Shown here one piece after another: positions 9,674 through 26,628 of a DNA stretch of 64,000 nucleotides. The stretch is from Candidatus Binatia bacterium (GTDB lineage Bacteria; Desulfobacterota; Binatia; HRBIN30). Made by a program: the position numbers and the translations under genes. The stretch spans positions 1-64,000 of the forward strand of contig JBBRSP010000031.1 in assembly GCA_038245295.1 (NCBI GenBank), in the 5' to 3' direction. The notes beneath the pieces are model-generated. The model worked only from the letters and a program-made list of their open reading frames with translations, was not told the origin of the DNA and searched no databases. The stretch's first letter is position 1. Each line of letters begins with the position of its first letter.

Positions 9674-9996
9674 GAGTACGATCGATTGTCTCTGATTCAT
9701 CGTTTGAAACTGCGCAAACACCTCCGCCATAGCGGCGAAAGCCGGCAGCACCCAGTATTGTTGGTCTTCCACTCGAGGAGATCCCGGCTTTCGAGACTGT
9801 CGTAAAACCAAAGTGGAGCAACGTCATCCCGGTGAAAACCGGGATCTCCCCCTGCTGGAAGCCTCGAAAGCTGGCGAGATACCGGCTTTCGCCGGCATGA
9901 CGGATAGGGCTGCTCGTTTCAGATTTGGTTCCCGAGTAAATCGACACACTCTTTCGCCGGGATGACGTTGCTCCATTTCAGTTTATCGACAGTCTC
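9674..9996. mobile_element. Nested ~160-bp MITEs: older outer copy 9674-9996 interrupted by an inner copy 9793-9951
   Basis: Inner copy runs GAGACTGTCG ... TCGACACACTC with TTTC duplicated on both sides. Removing it restores ATCCCGGC-TTTC-GCCGGGAT and a 160-bp outer copy ending CGACAGTCTC. Confidence 0.8.
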
Positions 9997-10276
9997 CACT
10001 GGTGGGCCGCAGGCCTCGATAGATAGCTCTGGCATAACCATTCGCGAACGTGCTAAGGCGAGCCCCAACGCGAGAGGGCGGCTACCCACTTGCAGGGCAT
10101 TTAGACGTAGTTTGGTTTCGGCGGTTTCGGTCTTGGCACGGCCAAGGCTGCCGGAAAATGTGCATCCGAGCGGTGCGGGCGCAGGTTTGTCTCCCATGAC
10201 AAAGCGGCGGCGCATCCTTCGGCTGTAGTAGATGCCGTGTATCGGTGGGGCCCTTCGTAGAAAACGAGGGACCGAC

Positions 10277-18163
<7,887 letters not shown>

Positions 18164-18194
18164 TCGTGTAGACGTCGTTTTCATCTCTTCACCC

Positions 18195-18231
18195 GGCCGG
18201 AGCGGTTCTCGAACCACTCCGGCCTTTTTTT
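18195..18231 (+). terminator. Rho-independent terminator
   Basis: GGCCGGAGCGGTT-CTCG-AACCACTCCGGCC hairpin plus T7, about 30 bp after the giant gene's stop. Confidence 0.85.
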
Positions 18232-18280
18232 GGCGCGCGGCCTTGGTGGTCGACGTTGAAATCGTGCTATTCGCCGCCGC

Positions 18281-19936
18281 ATGCGACTGCGGCGACGGGC
18301 TGAGGTGATTCTTGCGTTGGCGTTGTTTTGTTTGGCTGGCTGCGGCGAGGACGACAGCGCAGGCGCGGCGGGCAGCACCGCGCTGCCGCCGGCGGACCCG
18401 TCCTTCCAGATCGCCCGCGAAGCTTGCACGTTCTCGGGCGGGGCCAAGGTCGAAGAGACGCTCGGTCTCACGGCGGCGCAACGCGTTGGCATCCCCATCA
18501 AGCACGTTGTCGTCCTGATGAAAGAGAATCGCTCCTTCGACCACGTCCTCGGAAAACTGCACGAGCAAGGTCAACCCGGCACCGAGCCGATCCCGGCTGA
18601 ATTTCAAAATCCGACCTCCTCGGCGAAGAACAAATTCGTCGCTCCATTTCACGCGCCGACGACGTGTTGGAGTCAGGATCCCGGGCATCAGTGGGCGTCG
18701 ATGTTCCTTAACGTGAATGACGGACTCATGGATGGCTTCATTACGAACGCCAAGCTGAGCACGACCAGCGATGGCAACTTCGTCATGAGTTACTACGAAC
18801 AAACGGATCTGCCTTTCTATTACTGGCTGGCCTCGACCTTCGCACTCAATGACCGGCACTTCCCGTCGGTGCGCAGCGGGACCTTCCCCAACCGCGACTA
18901 CTTGATGCTGGGCACCTCCGACGGTGTGACCTCCACCGGCGATGGCTATCCGAAGCCAGAGACACCGACGATCTTCGATGCGTTGGACAAAGCCGGTGTG
19001 ACGTGGGGCGTTTACAGTGACGGAGGCCTGCTCTCCGAAAGCCTCAATTGGGACTACCGCCACAAAAACACCGGCCACCTCGCTGACTTTCTCGCGGCTC
19101 TCGATGGCGCGACGTTGCCGCAGGTCACCTTTGTCGATGGCATCGACAGCGTCGAGGACGAGCATCCGACGGGTGACATGCAATATGGCGAGGCGTGGAC
19201 GCGCAACATCTACGAGCACGCTCGCGCCAGTCGTTATTGGAGCAACATGGCGCTCATCTGGACCTACGACGAGAGCGGCGGCTTCTTCGATCATGTTCCG
19301 CCGCCTGAGAATCTTTGCGTGGCGCGTCCGCAGGACGCGGCCTTCCATCAGGCCGGTGTGCGCGTGCCCCTGGTGGTGATTTCACCATGGGCGCGGCCAC
19401 ACTACGTCTCGCATATGGTCGAGGATCACACGGCGATCACGCGGTTCATCGAGACCCTGTTCAATCTGCCGGCCCTGACGGCGCGCGATGCGAACAGCAG
19501 CGCGCTGCTCGAGATGTTCGACTTCGGTGCGCCGTCTCTGGAATCACCGCCGCCGGCGCCAGCGGTCGGTCGCGATGGTTGCGGTGATCTGACGTTGTCA
19601 CTCGACAAGACAGTCTACGAGACCGGCGAGGCGATCGAAGTTCGTTTTGCCAACGCCCCAGCCCTGAATCCGCGCGACCGGATCGCCATCTTCGCCGATC
19701 CGGCGAGTGGGGCTCCGCCGCCGAGCCGCGACACGATCCTGGATTGGGTCTATGTCGGCGGCACGCAGATGCAGACGACGACGCCGATTGCCGGCACTGT
19801 CCGCCTCGACGCGAGCACGATCGTGGTCGGTCAGAGTTGGCCGCTCGCTGCGGGGCGTTATGTCGCCGAGTATCTCCCCAACAGCACGTATGCATCGATC
19901 GAAGCGGTGGCGTTCGAGGTCGTGGAGAATCCTTAG
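18281..19936 (+). CDS. Phospholipase C / phosphoesterase family lipoprotein
   Basis: LAGC lipobox, IKHVVVLMKENRSFDH, TFPNR, DEHP, TYDESGGFFDHVPPP, GVRVP, DHT, plus an extra C-terminal beta domain. Confidence 0.9.
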   Translation: MRLRRRAEVILALALFCLAGCGEDDSAGAAGSTALPPADPSFQIAREACTFSGGAKVEETLGLTAAQRVGIPIKHVVVLMKENRSFDHVLGKLHEQGQPGTEPIPAEFQNPTSSAKNKFVAPFHAPTTCWSQDPGHQWASMFLNVNDGLMDGFITNAKLSTTSDGNFVMSYYEQTDLPFYYWLASTFALNDRHFPSVRSGTFPNRDYLMLGTSDGVTSTGDGYPKPETPTIFDALDKAGVTWGVYSDGGLLSESLNWDYRHKNTGHLADFLAALDGATLPQVTFVDGIDSVEDEHPTGDMQYGEAWTRNIYEHARASRYWSNMALIWTYDESGGFFDHVPPPENLCVARPQDAAFHQAGVRVPLVVISPWARPHYVSHMVEDHTAITRFIETLFNLPALTARDANSSALLEMFDFGAPSLESPPPAPAVGRDGCGDLTLSLDKTVYETGEAIEVRFANAPALNPRDRIAIFADPASGAPPPSRDTILDWVYVGGTQMQTTTPIAGTVRLDASTIVVGQSWPLAAGRYVAEYLPNSTYASIEAVAFEVVENP

Positions 19937-20306
19937 AAACGCGGACGACAGGCGGCCTCGCGGTCGATCCCCTCGCTGGCGTCCGACATGGCATCCGCCA
20001 TCCAACCCGGTTCCGGATTCCCCATAGGCGAAAATTTCCGGATCCGAGCCAACGCCTGACGCACCAGGAAGCCCCAGGACGCGCTCTCGCCGACCGGGAT
20101 GGCTCTACCTACGCACACAAACTCAACGCTTTTTGGGAGTTTGCAGAGCGACCCCTTGAAATTCCTGGGGAATCTCACCGCCGGCGACCGATTCCATCCG
20201 TAACCTTGGCGGCGCCTGCAAAAGCCCGGGTTTTAGTGCCGCCGTCTGATAGTCGGTGGCGGGATAGGATGGCCCCGGCCGTTTGCCTGGCTCGCCGACG
20301 TCGGAA

Positions 20307-21377
20307 TTAATCCAGGAGTGCGACAGTCTTTACCTGCACCCACACGTCTTTCCCCAGGGCTACATCGAGTCCTGCCGCTGCCCGCTTTGTCAGCCGGGCG
20401 ACCAGGAGGGCATCGCCGACCCGCACCCGCACAAGGGTCAGTGCGGGATGTTCGTCGGCTGCGATGGCATCGACCCGTCCGCGCAGCACATTCTGGATGC
20501 TGGTGTCGCCGAGAGGCTCACGGGCGAGGCTGACGTCGCGCGCCAGAACGCGGACCCGAATTTTGCGACCGATGGGAAAGCCATGATCCTGAGTCCACAA
20601 GCTCCCGCCGGGAAAGTCCACCCTCGCCAGGTGCCAAGGTTCGTCGATCATCCCCACTGTTGCATCCACCACGGCGCCGACATCTTCGCCAAGGCGGATA
20701 GGGAGGTCGAGCCGTGCCAGCGTTTGGGCCAAGGGCCCGTTGGCCATCACCCGACCGCCTTCCATGGCGACGATGTCATCCGCCAAGCGGGCCACTTCGT
20801 CCGGCGAATGAGTGACGTAGAGAACTGGAATTTTCAGTTCGTCGTGTAGTCGTTCCAGGTACGGCAGGATTTCCTGTTTGCGTTTGAGGTCAAGCGCGGC
20901 CAGGGGTTCGTCCATCAGCAGGAGGCTCGGGTTGACGGCGAGCGCGCGCGCAATGCTCACACGCTGGCGCTCGCCCCCGGATAGAAGATCCGGTTTTCGA
21001 TTCAGCAGAGGTCGGATGCCCAGAAGCTCGATGGTCTGATCGAGGCTTACCTGTTGTGTGCCCGTGCTCCGTTTCATGCCGTAGCGTAGGTTGCCGAGTA
21101 CGGTCAGATGAGGGAATAGGCTCGCTTCCTGGAAGACATAACCCAAGGGGCGTTTGTGGGTCGGGAGCCAGCGGTCGGCACTCTGCCACACCTCGTCATT
21201 CACAGTAAGCAGGCCCTGCGGCGCGCGTTCCAGGCCGGCGATGCATCGTAGCAACGTCGTCTTACCCGAGCCGGATGGCCCGAAAATCGCGGTCACGCCG
21301 CGACCGGGCAGAGTCAGATCCACGTCGAGGGTGAACCCGTCCCAGTCGAGACGGAACCTTGCCTCGATGCCGGCCAT
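20307..21377 (-). CDS. modC: Molybdate ABC transporter ATP-binding protein
   Basis: GPSGSGKT, LSGGERQR, LLMDEP, C-terminal TOBE/Mop region; downstream of modA and modB. Confidence 0.95.
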   Translation of the reverse strand: MAGIEARFRLDWDGFTLDVDLTLPGRGVTAIFGPSGSGKTTLLRCIAGLERAPQGLLTVNDEVWQSADRWLPTHKRPLGYVFQEASLFPHLTVLGNLRYGMKRSTGTQQVSLDQTIELLGIRPLLNRKPDLLSGGERQRVSIARALAVNPSLLLMDEPLAALDLKRKQEILPYLERLHDELKIPVLYVTHSPDEVARLADDIVAMEGGRVMANGPLAQTLARLDLPIRLGEDVGAVVDATVGMIDEPWHLARVDFPGGSLWTQDHGFPIGRKIRVRVLARDVSLAREPLGDTSIQNVLRGRVDAIAADEHPALTLVRVRVGDALLVARLTKRAAAGLDVALGKDVWVQVKTVALLD

Positions 21378-21378
21378 C

Positions 21379-22059
21379 TCAAGCTCCCTTTTTGGGACCG
21401 CTCCGCCAAGTGTAGAGCGCGAGCAACACGCAGAAAGAAAACGCGAGCATCACGGCCGCCAACTCGTGAGCCTGCGTATACTCGAGAGCCTGGACGTGGT
21501 CGTAAATCTGCACCGAAGCGACGCGGGTTACGCCCGGTAGGTTGCCGCCGATCATCAACACTACTCCGAACTCGCCGACGGTGTGGGCGAATGTCAGCGT
21601 GCTCGCGGCCAAGAATCCAGGCAACGCCAGCGGCACAGCCACGGTGAAGAAGGCGTCCAGCGGTGAGGCACGCAACGCGGCGGCCACTTCCAACGGCCGG
21701 TCGCCGACTGCCTCGAAGGCGGTTTGCAAGGGCTGCACCATGAAGGGTAGCGAATAGAAAACTGAGGCCACTACCAAGCCCCAGAACGTGAAGGGCAACG
21801 ACGCGATACCCAGCAGCTGGGTGAGATGTCCGACCGGACCGTTTGGTCCCATCGCCAACAGCAAATAGAATCCGAGCACCGAAGGCGGCAACACCAGAGG
21901 CAAGCCCACGACGGCAGCAACTGGCCCCTTCCACCACGTTCGGGTGCGCGCCAGCCACCAGGCGATCGGCGTCCCGATCAGCAAAAGGATGATGGTGACG
22001 ACGCTCGCCAGCCGGACGGTCAGCCAGATGGCTTGAAGATCACCACTGCTCAGAGGCAT
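21379..22059 (-). CDS. modB: Molybdate ABC transporter permease
   Basis: [15 protein letters not shown] and [20 protein letters not shown]. Start placed at ATG 22059, not the longer ORF start. Confidence 0.95.
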   Translation of the reverse strand: MPLSSGDLQAIWLTVRLASVVTIILLLIGTPIAWWLARTRTWWKGPVAAVVGLPLVLPPSVLGFYLLLAMGPNGPVGHLTQLLGIASLPFTFWGLVVASVFYSLPFMVQPLQTAFEAVGDRPLEVAAALRASPLDAFFTVAVPLALPGFLAASTLTFAHTVGEFGVVLMIGGNLPGVTRVASVQIYDHVQALEYTQAHELAAVMLAFSFCVLLALYTWRSGPKKGA

Positions 22060-22064
22060 GGGAT

Positions 22065-22916
22065 TCAATCGGAATCTCCCTGCTTGTCGGCCGATTCGCT
22101 CGGCAGGACGAAGCCGTACTTTGTCATCACCGTACGCGCGGACTTGCCGCTCATGTGCTCGGCAAAACGCTTGGCGAGCGCATTGTCGGTCGCTCGTTTG
22201 GTGATGATGTAGCCTTGTTCGAGTGGCTCGTGCAGGTTGTCGGGAATCAGCCAGTAGCCGCCCTTGCCAGCCAGTTCCGGATTTAGCGCTAGCGCCAGTG
22301 CGATGATACCGACCTGCGCATTGCCGGTCTGCACGAGCTGGGCAGTCTGGGCGATGTTCTCCCCGTACACCAGTTTGGATTCGACCTTCTCCCACAAGCC
22401 GGAGGCGCGCAGCGCTTCTTCGGCCCGTTTGCCGTATGGCGCGTGTTTGGGGTTGGCAATGGCTATGTGCGTGATCTTCGGATCAGTGAGGCTGGCCAGC
22501 GTCATCCTGGTCGCGTCGGCGATAGCGCTCCACAAAACAATGCGCCCTAGCGCATACGGCCTCACCTCTGTTGAGGCGAATCCGTTCTTGGCCAGTTCGC
22601 GGGGGAAGGCGATGTCGGCAGAGAAAAAGAGGTCGTAGGGCGCGCCTTCCTGAATTTGCGCGTTGAAATTGCCGGAGGACCCGTAGATGACGTCAACCTC
22701 GGCGCCCGGATTGGCGTCCTTGAAGGAGGTCACGATCTGATCCATGGCAAACTTGAGATCGGCGGCCGCTGCAATGGAAAGCTTCTCGGCGCCCTTTTCG
22801 AGAAGGATGTTGCCGAGATCCCTCGCGGCAACATGTCGCGGCTGCGTGAAGAGCAACATCATCGTTGCGGCGGCCGACAAGAACCGTCTGGGCTCGGCAA
22901 GTCGCCTAGCGTTCAT
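22065..22916 (-). CDS. modA: Molybdate ABC transporter substrate-binding protein
   Basis: [46 protein letters not shown] 22916 follows a GGAGGG RBS. Confidence 0.93.
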   Translation of the reverse strand: MNARRLAEPRRFLSAAATMMLLFTQPRHVAARDLGNILLEKGAEKLSIAAAADLKFAMDQIVTSFKDANPGAEVDVIYGSSGNFNAQIQEGAPYDLFFSADIAFPRELAKNGFASTEVRPYALGRIVLWSAIADATRMTLASLTDPKITHIAIANPKHAPYGKRAEEALRASGLWEKVESKLVYGENIAQTAQLVQTGNAQVGIIALALALNPELAGKGGYWLIPDNLHEPLEQGYIITKRATDNALAKRFAEHMSGKSARTVMTKYGFVLPSESADKQGDSD

Positions 22917-22967
22917 CGTGGCCCTCCATTTGCACTTGAGTGACGACATGGGTGAACCACACGTCAC

Positions 22968-23110
22968 CTATCCATCCAGGTGGAATTGCTCACCAGTCAT
23001 GCTGGCGCCATACCCGGGCAACTCATCGACCAGGCGCCGAAAGGGCTGCGACTGCAGGATGCGGATCAATGTCTGGATGCGTGAGTCATACTGTCGATCC
23101 GTGCGGTAGC
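22968..23110 (-). pseudogene. C-terminal remnant of a molybdate-type PBP-superfamily/HTH regulator
   Basis: The minus frame reads ...YRTDRQYDSRIQTLIRILQSQPFRRLVDELPGYGASMTGEQFHLDG*, matching the typical C-terminus of these proteins. There is an in-frame stop at ~23140 and no credible start. Confidence 0.6.
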
Positions 23111-23297
23111 TGGCAAATGCCTGACATGATCGTATCAGTCAAGGAGCTGAGGCTACTTGGGCAGACAGCGCCCGAGTTTGCTCGCAGCGCACCCGGCACG
23201 CGACCGCCCTGATCCGTCGCGAACCGTCGTCGGAGGCTCGCGAACGGTTCGGATTGTGCTTTCGCCGGACGGCCATCGGTCCTATAGTTCCGACGCC

Positions 23298-23987
23298 ATG
23301 CAGCTCAGAGACGCATTTGGCCATTTGCGCCCCATCCGTTGGGGAATGATCAATCTCGGCGGGTATCTCACCGCCTTGCAGCTGCGCGTCTTCAATCATT
23401 TGCGCGTCGAGGGGGTCGAGAATCTCAAGAACCTACCGGCGCGCGGTGTGCTCCTGGTGTCGAATCACATGACGCAGTTCATGGATCCGATCCTCGTCTG
23501 TCACACGGTGAGTTATCTGCGGCGCCCATATCTCGTCTGGCCGCGCACCAATCTGTACATCGTGGCGGCCCTCGAGACGATGAAGAACAGCTGGCTGCCT
23601 CGCCTCATGGCGTACAATGGCACCATCCTCATCAAGCGCACGTGGAAAGAGAGCGACAAGCTGATCGAGCGCAAGGTCGACCCCGAAGACATCGAGAAGA
23701 TCAATGCGGGATTGAACGACGGCTGGGTGCTCACCTTCCCGCAAGGAACCACCGCACCCGGCGCGCCGGGCCGTATCGGCTCCGCCCACATCATCAAACA
23801 ATTCCGTCCCGTCGTTGTGCCGGTGCGCCTCGAGGGGTTGCGCGACGCGTTCGACAAGACCGGGCTCAAGCTGCGCAAGACCGGCATCGATCTGTGCGTT
23901 CGCTACGGCCGCCCTCTCGAGATCGACTACGACCTGCCGCCGGCCGCCATTCTTGGAATGGTGATGGCCGGCATTGGCGAGGAATGA
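23298..23987 (+). CDS. Lysophospholipid / 1-acyl-sn-glycerol-3-phosphate acyltransferase family protein
   Basis: VSNHMTQFMD, FPQGT, VVVPVRLEG. Confidence 0.88.
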   Translation: MQLRDAFGHLRPIRWGMINLGGYLTALQLRVFNHLRVEGVENLKNLPARGVLLVSNHMTQFMDPILVCHTVSYLRRPYLVWPRTNLYIVAALETMKNSWLPRLMAYNGTILIKRTWKESDKLIERKVDPEDIEKINAGLNDGWVLTFPQGTTAPGAPGRIGSAHIIKQFRPVVVPVRLEGLRDAFDKTGLKLRKTGIDLCVRYGRPLEIDYDLPPAAILGMVMAGIGEE

Positions 23988-24152
23988 CAACGGCACCCGG
24001 CCGGTCCCACATGAGCCGGGCAAGGGCAAGAGTTTGGATCGACGGCCGATCCTTGACCTCGCCTACCTTGCCGTTGCCCTTGCCCTCCCAAGTTGGAATC
24101 CCAGCCTCTCCAGCCGATTGATCCGCAGCGGCGATTGACCTAGACGCCGCTC

Positions 24153-24596
24153 ATGCGATTGGCTCCGAACAAACTGCCGCCCACTCGAACGCTTGATCCG
24201 ATACACCTGGTCGCCGGGCTCGGTGCGATGCTGTTGATGACCGGCTGTACTTCCATCCAGAAACCCACCAGCGGTTGGTTCGGCAGCGCCACGCCCACTC
24301 CTGCGCCGGCACCCGTCTCGGCGGGCCCGACGGCAGCCACACAGGTCTACTACGCCGCCAGCGCGGGGCTCGAGGTGTTCAGCAAACCTGCGTCCTCGTC
24401 GAAGGTCGTCGGCAGGCTCTACCCGTATCAGCGGGTGACCCGCTCCAAGATCGAGAACGGTTACGCCTATGTCGAGGCCGACGAGACGGCCGTGAAGGGC
24501 TGGGTCGACAACGCGAAGTTGCTTTGGCGCATCCCCGCACCAACGGCAAATACACCGCCCGCTGCAACCCCGGCGCCGGCTACCAATCAACACTGA
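24153..24596 (+). CDS. Putative lipoprotein with a bacterial SH3-like domain
   Basis: LMTGC lipobox, Pro/Ala linker, then LEVFSKPASSSKVVGRL...NGYAYVE...GWV. Confidence 0.7.
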   Translation: MRLAPNKLPPTRTLDPIHLVAGLGAMLLMTGCTSIQKPTSGWFGSATPTPAPAPVSAGPTAATQVYYAASAGLEVFSKPASSSKVVGRLYPYQRVTRSKIENGYAYVEADETAVKGWVDNAKLLWRIPAPTANTPPAATPAPATNQH

Positions 24597-24706
24597 TCAG
24601 CGCGGTGCTTTGTCCGCCACCCCAGGAGGGAACTGGGTACTGCGGCAGGTCAACACTCCCTCTCCCAGCCCAAACGGAGTTGCGACACCTGGGAGAGGGT
24701 CGGGGT

Positions 24707-24969
24707 CAATGTCGTCAAGTTAGCGAGGGTGAGGGCCAATGCGAAGCCTCGTCATCCCGGCGGAGGAGACTGTCGTAAAACCAAAGTGGAGCGACGTCAT
24801 CCCGGTGAAAACCGGGATCTCCCCCTGCCGGAAGCCGCGAAAGCTGGCGAGATACCGGCTTTCGCCGGTATGACGGGGGTGTTTGCGCTGCTTCAAACGA
24901 TGAATCAGAGAAAGTCGACAGACTCGGAGGCCGAGACGACGCACTTTTCTCGCTAACTTGACGACATTG
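24707..24969. mobile_element. ~99-bp MITE with perfect 21-bp TIRs (IS4-like ends) containing a nested 160-bp MITE at 24766-24925
   Basis: CAATGTCGTCAAGTTAGCGAG ... CTCGCTAACTTGACGACATTG, flanked by GGGTCGGGGT/GGGCCGGGGT (9/10 match). The inner element is flanked by GGAG/GGAG. Confidence 0.85.
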
Positions 24970-25524
24970 GGGCCGGGGTGAGGGTTCACAATCCGGATGC
25001 CATCGGCAGGCCCTTGCGGTCGAACTGTGTGCCGCGATACCCAAACATGGCGCTGCCGAAATTCGATATCGAGGCCATGGGTGGGCTGGTCATCCCGGCG
25101 CACCGCCACACGCGGAGAAGTCGCAGGGGCAATCCATTCGCGACGCGCAGATTTCCCCTGACGAGTATTATCCGGACGGCTAGAAGCCCGATCTGTTGGA
25201 GTGTTGGCCGACGGACAACCCTGTCATCCCGGCGGACAAGGTGCGGCCGGGGCTCTTCTTGCACCCAATGCGTGATACCAACGCGGCGCAAGAGCAGAAA
25301 ACGGATCACTGATGTCGACCATCGCTGAAGGGCAAGACGTGACCAACGCTTTGAAACCACAAGGAGGCCAGGGAGGTTAAATGTTTCACCGCGATCGCCA
25401 TGGGGCTGGGGATGATGATGGCGACCACTGCCATCTTCGCACAGAAGGCACCCAAGGGTCTTCGTCTACCCGGCGAAGGGCAGAGCAAAGATCAGAAGAG
25501 CGACCGATGGGAGGGTGAGTTCGG

Positions 25525-26517
25525 ATGATGCTGAAACGAGTCCTCGCACTACTGTGCGTCGCCGCCCTGCCGTGGTTCGCCGCGGCGGTACAGGCGGAAA
25601 TTCATGCCGATGAGGTCCTCACCGATGTGGGTCTGTCGGCGGAGGCAAGACAACAGGTGCTGAGCGGCGAGTTCTTCACCGGCGAGCTGCCGACGATTTC
25701 CGACCGTGATCTGTCGGTGGCGAGTGTGTTCCTGGTCAAGACTTCGCCTGAAAAGCTCAGCCAACAGCTCGTCGCCGGCAATCTAATCCGCAACGACCCG
25801 CAGGTGCAATCGTTCGGCGAGTTCACCGGCAGCGGTCACCTGTCTGATCTCGCGCGCTTGCATCTGACCGACAACGCCGCAAAGGCTTTCGCGAGTGCGC
25901 AGGGCGGCTCGGCGTTGAATCTCTCGACGACCGAGATCAGCGTCTTTCACGCGTTGTCGCCAGCAGCGCCGCAGGCCGTCCAGCAGCAGCTGCACAAGGT
26001 CCTATTGAGCCGATTCCAGGCATACCAGGCCTCCGGGCTGGCGGCGTTGACCCCGTACGATCGCGGCGGCGGCAGCAGCACCGACGTCGCTGGTGACTTG
26101 CATCAAGCCACCGAGACGGTGCGCACGTTCAAGAAGTATGTGCCGCACTTTCAGCAAGCGCTGGCCAACTATCCACAAGACGGCCATCCCGGGATCAAGC
26201 ACAAGTTCTACTGGCTGGCCTACAACATCGATGGGACCATGACCTACGTCCTGACACATTCGATGGTGGCGACCGATGGTGCCGCGCGTATCGCGGTACA
26301 GCGCCAGTACTACGTCAGCACCGGATACAACGTCGAGCAGGCGGTGGTCGGCCTCCTGCCGGTCGTGGAGGGAACGGTGGTGGTGTACAGCAACCATACG
26401 TTCACCGACCAGGTCGCCGGGTTTGGTGGCTCGGCGAAACGCAACATCGGTCGCCGCGTGATGACCGGCAAGCTCAAGCAAATCTTCGAGACGGCCAGGC
26501 AGAACGCGGCGGAATAG
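25525..26517 (+). CDS. Hypothetical secreted protein
   Basis: 330-aa ORF with a clear signal peptide (…AAAVQA) and normal codon usage; no family recognised. Confidence 0.7.
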   Translation: MMLKRVLALLCVAALPWFAAAVQAEIHADEVLTDVGLSAEARQQVLSGEFFTGELPTISDRDLSVASVFLVKTSPEKLSQQLVAGNLIRNDPQVQSFGEFTGSGHLSDLARLHLTDNAAKAFASAQGGSALNLSTTEISVFHALSPAAPQAVQQQLHKVLLSRFQAYQASGLAALTPYDRGGGSSTDVAGDLHQATETVRTFKKYVPHFQQALANYPQDGHPGIKHKFYWLAYNIDGTMTYVLTHSMVATDGAARIAVQRQYYVSTGYNVEQAVVGLLPVVEGTVVVYSNHTFTDQVAGFGGSAKRNIGRRVMTGKLKQIFETARQNAAE

Positions 26518-26628
26518 TTCCCCGCCCGGGTCCACTTGGCAGGAAGGTGCGCGGGACGGCGTCGGAGGGGGCGCCGTCTCCTCGCTTGGCAAACCAATCG
26601 AGCAAATGAGGGCGAAAGGAATGGAGTA

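Noticed and set aside
9459..9947. Similar short ORFs across the MITE copies (also 24720-25109 and 52752-53111) as a possible small protein family
   Set aside because: The similarity comes from the repeated non-coding element. Starts and stops are inconsistent between copies.
9793..9996. A single 204-bp element with ~45-bp TIRs
   Set aside because: It has no flanking duplication. Two nested ~160-bp copies in opposite orientation with a TTTC duplication fit the sequence and lengths better.
22917..23297. Moco riboswitch or ModE box upstream of modA
   Set aside because: No recognisable consensus; the space is better explained by the truncated regulator remnant.
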